A stretch of 50,527 nucleotides of DNA, from assembly GCA_021432655.1 (NCBI GenBank), contig MU271268.1, positions 62,001 through 112,527 on the forward strand, in the 5' to 3' direction. A program made the position numbers and the translations under genes. This DNA comes from Atractiella rhizophila (Eukaryota). Shown here one piece after another: positions 12,979 to 24,012 of this stretch; positions within the stretch are counted from its first letter, which is position 1; every line of letters begins with the position of its first letter. Under the pieces are notes generated by a model, which did not search any database, was not told the DNA's origin, and was given only the letters and a program-made list of their open reading frames with translations.

Positions 12979-15587
12979 TTACTCGTCGTACCATAGTCGA
13001 CGCCATTCCAGTAGCATTCTATCAGATGCGTTAGAGAGCCCCGCTGATGACGAAGTGGAAGACAAACCTATAGGTATAGGCTTCCATCGACCCCTTGCTA
13101 CCTACGCTGTTGCTCCACTCCCTCCCATTCATCGCAATCTTCTTGAGACTCTCTCGATCTCCTTGATACCTCTTCTTTTTCCGCAGACGATTTAACAGCT
13201 TCCTCGACGTGGATGTACCATCCTTTTGCATTTCTTCCATCAATTTCTCCTCTTCTTGATCTGGGAGACCAAGGAAATAATTGAAGATGTTGTAGATCTC
13301 CTTGTACTCCATGGAAATGGGAATGACGTGATACCTTTTAGCAATGTCAAGGTTGGCTCTTTCGACATGAGTAAGGACTAACCAAGGGATCAAGTAATCG
13401 CTGAAGAATTCTTCATACAGCGTACTCTTCATTACTGCGCTTCCCATCTTCAACAAGCTCAAAAAACGACCTGAATACGCCTGGCCATCGATATCTAGAA
13501 GAACCTTCCACTTTGCAGACTCCGAAAAAGGCACCGTATCAGCAAAACGGTAGAGAGGGAGCAGGAGTGTGACGTTGCAAGTGTACTGGTCTCCGCAACC
13601 TTGGAGATGGGTGAAAGCAACGTCGAAAATTCGAGAATTGAGGTATTTTTGAGGGACCAGAGAATGGGTGACTCCGTTGCCAGAACGGGAGGGAGAGAAA
13701 ACATCTACATCGGTTGGATGGATTTCAGGTGAAATGTGTCGCATGAGCCGATGTCTCTGGAAGGAATGTTGATGGCGAGGCGGATTATTTCCTCCACCTA
13801 TTTCATGGTTTGAACGGAAGAAGTATGGAAGTGTAAGACATACCAGTTGTACTACCTCTCCAGAAAATCTGATCGACACGATCCTCAAATTCGACTTGCG
13901 CCATACTAGCATTGAATAGATAATGCTTGGGTGGGTTATAATACCAGTTACTGGGGAAGTTGATATCGAGAAACCCATCAAATTTTGAATGGCTGAAGAC
14001 AGGATAGAGCCCAGTAACCGTCCGCCAATCCGAGTAGAACGCTCCATGGTTTCTCCTAACTGACAGATCGTTGCATAACCCTAGACTCTTTGATCCTAAC
14101 GAGTTGGAGAATTCGAAAGCCTCTGAATGAGCAGCCTCTTCTGGAGACTTCCGAGACATCAGACTGTCAGACATGGATAGAGCCGAGCTGTCAAACTTGA
14201 TGCGAAACTCTCGTTTGTCGAGGCCATCCTCCTCCTCTTGCTTGTCCTGAGGTGACGGCTTGACGATGACTCTCCGTTTCGATTGTTTCTTTGTCAAAGC
14301 TTCTGGAGCAATAGGTTTGCGAGTCCAGGAGTCTTGAAGTGGGATGACCTGTGCCATTGTCTGCGAAAATTGCATCTCCGGTTGCTCGTTCCTCTCTAAG
14401 CCCACCAAGAGTCTTCTCGCAGCACTCCCTGGCGCACAGGCTCCGACAAACGAGTCCCATACTCCACCTCTACCCCTCCAGTCCGCGTACGGGAAAACGG
14501 AAGAAAGATTCGTAGACGGCGGCACGATTCCCTCGCTCATTCCCTGTCGATGCTTATAATCCAACAACACCCTCGGTTCAGCCAATTCGTTAATGGCGAA
14601 AGCGAGACCTTCGAAGTCCTTAAGAATTTCCTCTCCCAGATTCATCAAAACATCACGAAATCCCTTCGCTCGCTTCGTGGCTCCCAAAAGCTTCATAGTG
14701 TCTAAACTATCACGCCCCCCAGGTGTGACGAGGACGCGACCTCCAGCAGCGATCTGGACGAGAGTGAATGTGGGAAGATTCGCGATCTCGTACGTCCGCT
14801 TGCGAAGTTCAGACGCTGGTAAACCTCGGAAGACGGCCAGAGTTTCAGTAAGCGTGTCGTACAGAGCTGGGAATGGAACTTCTTTCTCTACCCGCAGCCC
14901 CGAACGTTCGTCAGTGACACAATACTTTCAAAATCATGGAGAAAACACGCAAACCCGCAATTTCCATTTCTGCGAAATGAAAAATGACGGAGAACATTGT
15001 ACCGCACGAGAAACGCCTCTTTCTGCAGATTGAGGTATTGACCACACAACCACCGGGCAAATATCATATCATGAAAATAAGGAAATCTCACCCTCAGCAA
15101 ACTTCCACCATGCTTCCCATCCTTGCGGTGGTTCATGCCAATTGCCATAGTCACTTCTCACTCCCTGACTGAGGCGGCTATACCTCTTTTTGTAATCCTC
15201 TCTGCTCCACCTCAAGTCTTTCCCCTTCCCACCCCTCTTAACTAGATCCTTCCACTTCTCCTCCGCATCTTTCATCAGCTTTGGTATTGGGTGCTCAATA
15301 TCCAATTTCGTCTCCTTTCTCTGCGAAGTTGAAGAGAAGACGCTGAGAGACGGACGGAGGTGAAGTTTTGTGAGGAGAAAATTGAGGACGATGAAAAAGA
15401 AACCAAAAAGGACCAAACGCCTAAGAAAATGGCGAGGTCTAAACCTCCTAGGCGTAAATTTTGATGGATTACCGTATCGAGACCTTGGAGGGGTGCCTGG
15501 AGGCTGGGGACGTGTAAGAGCTCGAGGCGTTGGCGGTCCCGAGCGCTGGGTCTGCGTGATGAAGGAGGAAAAGAACGACCTCGCCAT
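12979..15587 (-). CDS. Glycosyltransferase family 90 (CAP10/CXT1-like), type II membrane protein
   Basis: An N-terminal TM precedes HPIPKLMKDAEEKW, YKKRY..PPQGWEAWWKFA, INELAEPRV, FWRGSTTG, LDIDGQAYSGRF and STLYEEFFSDYLIPW. The last exon reads RMLLEWRRLWYDE* with stop at 12979-12981. Confidence 0.9.
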
Positions 15588-17234
15588 TTGGCTATTATCC
15601 CTTCACAGTTGTGCTGGAGCTGGTGTTGTGCGAACGGTGAAAATTTTGATGGTCGTTCGCAGGAAAGGAATCGAAGCTGTGGAAGCTGGCGGATGTGGAA
15701 TCAAGCAACGGGAAATGCAGAACACTGGAACTGTACGAACCTTATCGCCGCACCATCTTATCGTGTGTCGATCAAGTTCCGGATTTGTGGAACTGTCTCT
15801 GGCGACGGCTTCTGGACGAAGTCGAAATCGTCTAGAAATTGTATTTGACGTGGTAGAAGTTGTGATGTAAATTTCCTAAATATACCAACAGTCCATATCA
15901 ACCATGTTTTTAGAAAGTACCTTCTATCTTCTATGTGGGACTCCAAGGTTGACGACCCTACCACCTCTACCCCTCCAGTCCGCGTATGGGAAAACGGAAG
16001 AAAGATTCGTAGACGGCGGCACGATTCCCTCGCTCATTCCCTGTCGATGCTTATAATCCAACAACACCCTCGGTTCCGCCAATTCGTTGATGGCAAAAGC
16101 GACACCTTCGAAGTCCTTCAGGATTTCCTCTCCCAGATTCATCAAAACATCGCGGAATCCCTTCGCTCGCTTCGTGGCTCCCAAAAGCTTCATAGTGTCT
16201 AAACTATCACGCCCCCCAGGTGTGACAAGGACGCGTCCTCCAGCAGCGATTTGGACGAGAGTGAATGTGGGAAGATTCGCGATCTCATATGTCCGCTTGC
16301 GAAGTTCAGACGCTGGTAAACCTCGGAAGACGGCCAGAGTTTCAGTAAGCGTGTCGTACAGAGCTGGGAATGGAACTTCTTTCTCTACCCGCAGCCCCGA
16401 ACGTTCGTCAGTGACACAATACTTTCAAAATCATGGAGAAAACACGCAAACCCGCAATTTCCATTTCTGCGAAATGAAAAATGACGGAGAACATTGTACC
16501 GCACGAGAAACGCCTCTTTCTGCAGATTGAGGTATTGACCACACAACCACCGGGCAAATATCATATCATGAAAATAAGGAAATCTCACCCTCAGCAAACT
16601 TCCACCATGCTTCCCATCCTTGCGGTGGTTCATGCCAATTGCCATAGTCACTTCTCACTCCCTGACTGAGGCGGCTATACCTCTTTTTGTAATCCTCTCT
16701 GCTCCACCTCAAGTCTTTCCCCTTCCCACCCCTCTTAACTAGATCCTTCCACTTCTCCTCCGCATCTTTCATCAGCTTTGGTATTGGGTGCTCAATATCC
16801 AATTTCGTCTCCTTTCTCTGCGAAGTTGAAGAGAAGACGCTGAGAGACGGACGGAGGTGAAGTTTTGTGAGGAGAAAATTGAGGACGATGAAAAAGAGAC
16901 CAAAAAGGACCAAACGCCTGAGAAAATGGCGAGGTCTAAACCTCCTCGGCGTAAATTTTGATGGATTACCGTATCGAGACCTTGGAGGGGTGCCTGGAGG
17001 CTGGGGACGTGTAAGAGCTCGAGGCGTTGGCGGTCCCGAGCGCTGGGTCTGCGTGATGAAGGAGGAAAAGAACGACCTCGCCATTTGGCTATTATCCCTT
17101 CACAGTTGTGCTGGAGCTGGTGTTGTGCGAACGATGAAAATTTTGATGGTCGTTCGCAGGAAAGGAATCGAAGCTGTGGAAGCTGGCGGATGTGGAATCA
17201 AGCAACGGGAAATGCAGAACATTGGAACTGTACG
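14464..17234 (+). repeat. Direct repeat pair of ~1274 bp (14464-15737 and 15961-17234) with a 223-bp unique spacer
   Basis: Direct alignment by eye, supported by duplicated ORFs in the ORF track at a constant 1497 offset. Confidence 0.95.
15924..17084 (-). pseudogene. 3'-truncated duplicate of the GT90 gene, lacking the catalytic C-terminal half
   Basis: 15961-17234 matches 14464-15737 at offset 1497. Homology ends after ...YADWRGRGG, and the frame stops at 15924. Confidence 0.85.
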
Positions 17235-17945
17235 TGTTAAACGACTTTTCGTTCGCGCCACATCTGGTTTTCGTTAGAGTTTAAACCGGCCTTCCTACCG
17301 TCTGCCCGTTTCCCTCCTTTCTGCTGGTATTCTGTCTCAAGTAGAACCACCACCATCCTCTGTCTCATATACTCTCGTACTATACCTCTCTGCAAGCGAT
17401 TCAGTTTCAAACTCGTTAATAGACGTTCGATTGGAGTCGACACCCGATAGCGAAATCAAGCTAAGGAGTAGGAAATCAGGTACACAATTCGGCGCGTTTA
17501 CGAAGCCCCCGGGCAGGAGAGGAGGGAAGGTTTTCGCGGTGCGTTGTTTTTGGCGTTCAGAGAGAGGAGTTTCACTACGTTCACCTTCGTTGCACGAGTG
17601 ATTGGGCTTTTCCTCATGTTGCAGTCGCCGTTAATGCTCGTTTGAGTGGCGACTAACAACCCCGTTGATCACCTTTCCCTTTCTCTCGACGAGACCATAC
17701 GACTTGGCTGATTTCGCCCAAAGAGTTTCATGAGTTGCAGGAGCACTTGTGCTGGTTCTACTCAGGGATTGCAGTTTGTTTGCACTCGCATTTGCATCGT
17801 TTTCTTGCCCTCAGGTCTAGAATATTCATCGACCGTTATTTTCTCTTTCTGATTCCGTTCTGATTTCGTTTTTTTTCTGTCTCACTCACCTACCTCTTCC
17901 CCTCTTAAAATCCAACCTCCCATGAATGCCTAGCTTCCCTCCATA

Positions 17946-19163
17946 TTGCTTTCGCCTTCCAGCCTTTTCTTTTACCATTATCCTTTCTCCAACGGCGCGT
18001 TTTCTGTCATTATGAAGATTGGGACAGCTTCTTTGTGTGTCAGTGGTGGCGGGTTCTTAGGACATGACTTTTCGGTCGAGGAGTCGCAACGGGAACCTCA
18101 AAGGATTTCGACAATCAACGCACCAACGAACAGGGCGGAACTGGCGGTGTTCCTTGGCCAGGTGGCCTATCATCGCCATCGCATCGCAGATTTCGCGAAC
18201 ATCGTCTATCCCCTTACTTCCCTTCTTGCTGTCAGCATGGAAACTCAGAAGGATGTGAAGAAGGACTCAGAGCAGTGGCGATGGCAGAAGGAGGAACAAC
18301 TCGCGTTCGAGGCGCTCAGTTACTATGTCGTGGCGCGGGTCCAACACCGGCCATCATCACCTTCCTTTCCCAAATCCGACTCTCTCTCCTCCTTTCCTCT
18401 TTACTTCGACGATCCTCTCCTCTCCCTGGAACTCTCACAAGCATACGAACTCAGTGACGATAGAGGTGTGGGGTTGGGGATGCTCGACGAGATAACAGAC
18501 CGAAATACCGCTTTCAACCGAAGGAACGAACTCTACTACCCCACTCCCCGCTCGCGACCTCCCATCTCCAACTACTCCGATATGACCACTCCTCCGGCAG
18601 AACCCCAACAAAGAAGACCCCCACTCTCCTCCCCGTTCTCTCCTAGGATAAGCAACCCGTTTCCAGACTCAGTCTCTCCACACCCATCTTCTTTCAATCC
18701 CCGTTCCTGTCCCAATTTCGCCCCTTCCATTCAACCCATGACTCCTGCGTCACCTTATCCTTCTCGTGGTCCCACCAATACTCCAGCAACCCCAACAAAC
18801 AACCTTCCACTAGGAAGACCGCCTGGCCCTCTGATGCATCCTGAAAGGGAGTTGAGGGCAAGGAATGAAGCTGGACGAGCCATCACCGCCGGGAATACAC
18901 AAAGAAGAAACGTTGGGGCATTCGCTTATGGTGGAGGAAAGGACGGGGAAGAATGGGAAGGGGAGGAATTCGCCTGGGAGTTTGAGATGATGGGAAGGAG
19001 TGAGGATAACAGGGGGGAAGGTATTGGTTATGGGTATTATGTTGGAAATGAGTGGAGGAACCGTCCCATGGATGAGCTTTCGTTGGCGGGGGAAGCCAAC
19101 ACCCGACAGGAGGAGGAGCCTGCTCAAGAAGCAAAACTTTATAATCCCTACTCCCCTCCTTAA
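17946..19163 (+). mobile_element. Chimeric ORF: Ty3/Gypsy RT-thumb/connection fragment fused to Pro-rich low-complexity sequence
   Basis: FLGH...APTNRAELAVFLGQVAYHRHRIADFANIVYPLTSLL...WRWQKEEQLAFEAL matches the Gypsy RT-RNaseH linker pattern. No YxDD motif or RNase H core is visible. Confidence 0.7.
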
Positions 19164-20165
19164 TTCGCACTAACAACCCACTCGGCGACGGAAGAGGAGG
19201 AGGATTGCTATTTCATGGCAAAATCTCCTTCTCTGATACTTCCAACAACTTCGAAACGAGACACTATCCTTCTCACCAATCCTCTCTTGTGTGGCAACAT
19301 TTCTCACACTGTCAAACCACCACACAATCTCTTAGATCCACTCCGGTCCCTTACCACCAATTCTCCCTCGACTCCAATTGCCTCTCCGCTTTCTCCTTCT
19401 ACTTCGACAACCCCTCCTCTTCTCCGAACTGTCGCAGGCCTACAAACTTCACGGCGGCATGGAGAAGAAACCCTGGTGGTGGAAGTAACTCGCTCGAGGA
19501 CGCGCGGTCTTTCTGGTGGGGGGACCCGTCAGAGCTTCAACGTTTCGATCGACCCCACTGATCTCACAACCCCTCCAATCTCTCCCTTATCAACACCCAA
19601 TCCATACCTCCTTAGCATCACCTACTCTCCTCCTATGCTCTCATTTCTCGACCACTTCTCGTCTCTTCAAAACAAAGCACCAACTTATCGACTTGATGTT
19701 TAGTTTCATACTCAGATCATATTATCCATCAGCTTCTCCTTTCGAAAATACAAGCCCAACTCTTTATAATCAATTCCTTTCCTCTTTTCGACATCACTAA
19801 CCCTTTATCAACATCACTTCAACATTTCACCTCAGTAACATCCTCCACCATTCTTCTTGTCGTTCGACTGCTCTTTCCTTCTGGACTGTGTAAAGGGGAC
19901 GGCGCGTGTATGAAGACGAACGGGGAGCTGGCGATGGGCCTAACCTGAATTCAGTAGGGTGCTCGTTGGCTAGGACTGGGGGTTGACGGAGTCGAGCCGT
20001 GAGTGCTTGACTGACCGCGAACGGCGCCCAGGGTGTTGTCTCGGGGACGTAGCGATGACGATGACTATGTTTCGGTTTTGTTTCTCTCTCTCATTCTTCA
20101 GTTTCTTATAAGATGATTCACATGTACTGAACTTGCATTTCTATGGAGTAGGCTCGCCCTCGAAG

Positions 20166-21590
20166 ATGGACCCGGTGCTCTACGAACGAATCTACAACTT
20201 CCTCTCTACTGGCTCAGTCCCTAGCCCCGCGTCGAGGAAGAACAACATCGCATTACGAAGGAAGTCGAGAAACTTCATCGTCCACAACCAAGCCCTGTGG
20301 TTCGTAGCGAAGGCGAAGGAAGGAGATGAAGATAGGCTACTGAAGTCGGTATTAAAGGCCGGAGAGCTGGAAGAGAAGGTTCGTTACATCCACGAGAAGG
20401 TCACGGCACACGGTGGGGAGAAGGCGACTCAGATTTCAGCCTCACACCTCTACTACACCGACTCCGCTCTCACCGCTACCGTCAAACGCGTCGTGCGATC
20501 TTGCGCCGCTTGCCAACGACGGCACGAATCCATGCTCCAAAAACGACCTCTCCATCCCATTTACGTTTCGCGACCTCATGAAAGGCTGGGGATAGATCTG
20601 GTCGGACCGTTCACTGAGACCGTACGTGGCAACTCATACATCATTACGGCGACGGACCACTGCACGAAGTTTGCATGGGCGGAGGCGATCCCGGATAAGA
20701 GGATGGAGACCGTAGCGGAGTGGTTAGGGAACCTGTTTATGAACGAAGGAGCGTGGGAGGTAGTGAACATGGATAATGGGAAGGAGTTCGTGAATTCGGC
20801 GGTGGAGAGTGTGTTAGAAGGGATCCAGAAGGCGAGGACAGCTCCCAATCACCCTCAGGCGAATGGCTGCGCGGAACGGTTCAATCAGACGCTCACGAAC
20901 AAGCTTACCCTTGCCTCGCAATCTACCACGACTACGGGCGAATGGGACCTCAACGTTCGTTCGGTCCGTTTTCAGTACCTTTGTTCTCATCACTCCTCCA
21001 TCGGCATGACGCCTTATCGAGCTCGTTTCGGACGCGACCCTTTCATTCCTCAACTTCCCCATCCTCCTCGCCTTTCTACGACTTCTCCTGCCATTCACTA
21101 TAACGAACTCTCAGACCTACAACGTTGGCAAGACCACCTCACGAAGACACAGCAGCTAGCAGTCGAAAGAAACCAGGAAGCACAGCGGAAGGCGAAGGTG
21201 AGAAAGGACCAAAGTATCCGGAGGAGGGTGGACGAACGCATCTTTGAGATAGGGGATAAGGTGGACGTGAGGGAGGGGACCAGTAAGAAAGCTATGGAGT
21301 ATGGTTTCGATAACATTGCAGGGGGGCACACCATCGTCAGCATTACGCGCCACCGTCTCTACGTTATCGACAAGAAGGGATCTCGTGCTCGACGAGGGGA
21401 TCAACTCCGACCTCATCATTCCCCTACTCCTTTTGCAGTTCCTCCACTTCGACCCACAGCTCCCCCTCCCCTTCCATCTCTCCCACCCATCGTCTACCCT
21501 GCGTTTGACCGGAATCCTGGAGCATTACAACCGTTCCTGGAGGAGTGGAATGTCGAGAAGAAAGAAGCGGAGATGGAAGATAGGGTATGA
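20166..21590 (+). mobile_element. Gypsy-type DDE integrase as a stand-alone open ORF (Ginger/GIN-like candidate)
   Basis: H2C2 zinc finger (HEKVTAH...CAAC), rve core LGIDLVGP / MDNGKEF / HPQANGCAERFNQTL, then HSSIGMTPY..RFGR and FEIGDKV. Confidence 0.88.
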
Positions 21591-22106
21591 AATTTGTCCT
21601 GAGTGGTCCTGCTCCCTCGCCTAGGGTGTCCACCAGGAGGTCGCAGTTGTCGCTTTTTAGCTGAATAAACGTGCACCTGGTTGGGCGAGCGAGAGGGGGC
21701 ACCATTTCGGCGTGAGTCGTTCTTCTCATGCTTCACGGCATACTCTCATTTGCCTTCAGGCAGCCGCCAGGTGCAAGTTCCAGGATGGAATACCAGTATC
21801 GTGGAGTTTGAAAGTAGTCGTGTAGTTTCACTGAGTGGAAAAGGAACACCAGTGTCAGTACTCCTGGTCAGAGGGGGAAGCAGCAAAATGAGAAAACAGA
21901 GCAAAAAGACACTGAGTATGACGATTGTCGTAGCAGCAGGCAGGTAAAGCCCTTCCAAGCATGATGTCCTTCTTCCGCCATTTATCAGCATGTAATACTT
22001 CGATTTATTTCAAGAGGCGTCATCATGCTCTTAACCGAGCGTGCTTTCATCACAAATAAAGTGCATGGATGAAAGGGGAGGGGAGGAGGAGGGAGAGATG
22101 GAAACC

Positions 22107-22330
22107 CACCAATATTGGGATGATTGATTTCTCTCAAAACCTCCATAATCTTCCTATGTGTGTCCAAATCCGACATGCCCTTCCGTATGTTGATAACTTT
22201 CAGCGCCACCTTCTGGTTAACCATCTTCTTCCACCTCACACGTCTCACCACGGAGAAAGAGCCGTATCCTAGCTTCGACCCAGGTAGCGTGAATTCCTTC
22301 TTTCGTGTGTGGCCTATCGTGTGGCAGGGC
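22107..22330 (-). pseudogene. Protein kinase N-lobe fragment (CAMK-like)
   Basis: Reads KLGYGSFSVVRRVRWKKMVNQKVALKVI...MEVLREINHPNI, then a gtgggt donor. No C-lobe (HRD/DFG) exon was found downstream. Confidence 0.7.
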
Positions 22331-24012
22331 TAGGGAGAGTTTAGACTTGGAGTAAGGTCATTGATAGAGGGCTTACGAAGAAGTCGCCTATGAAAACCGT
22401 GGGAGAGGGCATCGTGACGCAGAACTTTGCATTCCAATTGGAGCACAAGTTGGTTGCTTCCAAATCTTCCTGTCACTTCTTACACCCAGCCTTCGTTCTG
22501 TGCAGCGTTGTCTGATGCTGAATACTTGCCTGCAACGGCAGCAGCCAGCGTTCGTGGAGAGGGTTCGAGTTACGAGGGCATTGGGCAGTTGTTTGGGTAG
22601 AGGGGAAAGTAAAAGCTGCGACGCTCAGCAGCTTTGTGGACTGTCTTTCGCAGCACCAATTTGAGATCTGCTGAGATTTCGAAAAGGGAACAAGAGATTG
22701 AGCCGCTGAGTAATTAGCCCGTACTGCGAGACAGCTCTCCCTCGTTTGCACGAGTATTCACACGCTCTTGAATGGTCGATAGGCAAGAAGACCTCAACAA
22801 CACCCGCATGCGACAACTTATCATGGTGGATAGGCTGACGATCATCAAACATCCTGCTAAAAGTGCTCATTAGGAGTCCTCGAACGCTCGACAACTACGT
22901 TTCAGGAGCTGTTATCAACCTTGAAGTGACTAAAAGCGACTAAATAATAAAGAACAATGTTAATATAACCTGACTCTTTCAGGACTCGAAATTCAGCAAC
23001 AAAGCAATTGGGAAATTCAAAGTTCTTGATACCTGTTCAGTAAATTACGGGAAACAGCGCGAAGGATAAGCGAATTAGAGTAATAGTGAGAATGTTTGGC
23101 GGTTCTTGACGCTGAAACAACCCTGAATGACCGTGGGTCGGGTCAGGCTGCTGGGCGATATCATTTTTGTTTGAGGAGCGGTCGGAAAAAAGATTTACAT
23201 TTGAAATTGAGAAACTGCCCAGTCAGTCCACGACATCTCAGATTTCTTAAATTGAGTAGATTTGACATAAAGGCACTGTAACCACAGCCAGTAGTGAAGA
23301 GCATCCTTAAAAGATCCAACTTATTTTGGCGACTTGAAGCGCCGATCACGGTGAGTAACCTCATCCTTGATCGAAGGCGAAGATTCGGGAGAGTGGTTTG
23401 GTGCAGAGGACTGCACCTGCAGATTTGTATTCAAAGTTGGACACAACCAGTTTCATTCAATTGGTCCAAGCGCCAAAGATTCCTTCTGTATTGCTGTCGT
23501 AAACATTAGCTCTGACTGTGTACAAAAACCGGCAGCTTTCGAAAACTGTGTGCTACGTTGTGCGACTATAGAAGCTTTACAGAGCTTACATTTACATTTT
23601 CACAACATATTGATTTGATCAGCTTGGAGAAGATTGCGTGTCTTTGTAGGTCCAATTCGTTGATGGTAACATGACATTTGCTCTGAAGTTGTGCCGTTGT
23701 CTGAGTTGCTCAGTTTTAGCATCAACACTTACCTAGTTTGTTTAGTTTGGTTTCCGAGATTGGTCGTGAGATGCAAGCAGAACACTGATTTCGGCTGAGG
23801 CGATAGCAAGCCTGTTATCCAAACTTGTCAAAAGGTTTGGATTCTTTACATGTTGTTCATTGCAAGAGGCGAACAATGATGAGATAAAAAGAGCTAGTTC
23901 TCTGGGAGGTATGAAAAATACTATCTGGACTATAGCCTGTCATAAAAATAGGGAATGGAAGGAATACTAACAGTTCGCTGTTTTAGACTTCAATCTGTGC
24001 GCATCTGATACA

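Noticed and set aside
22400..23950. Short ORFs between the kinase fragment and LYS2
   Set aside because: No recognisable motifs or consistent splice model; left unannotated.
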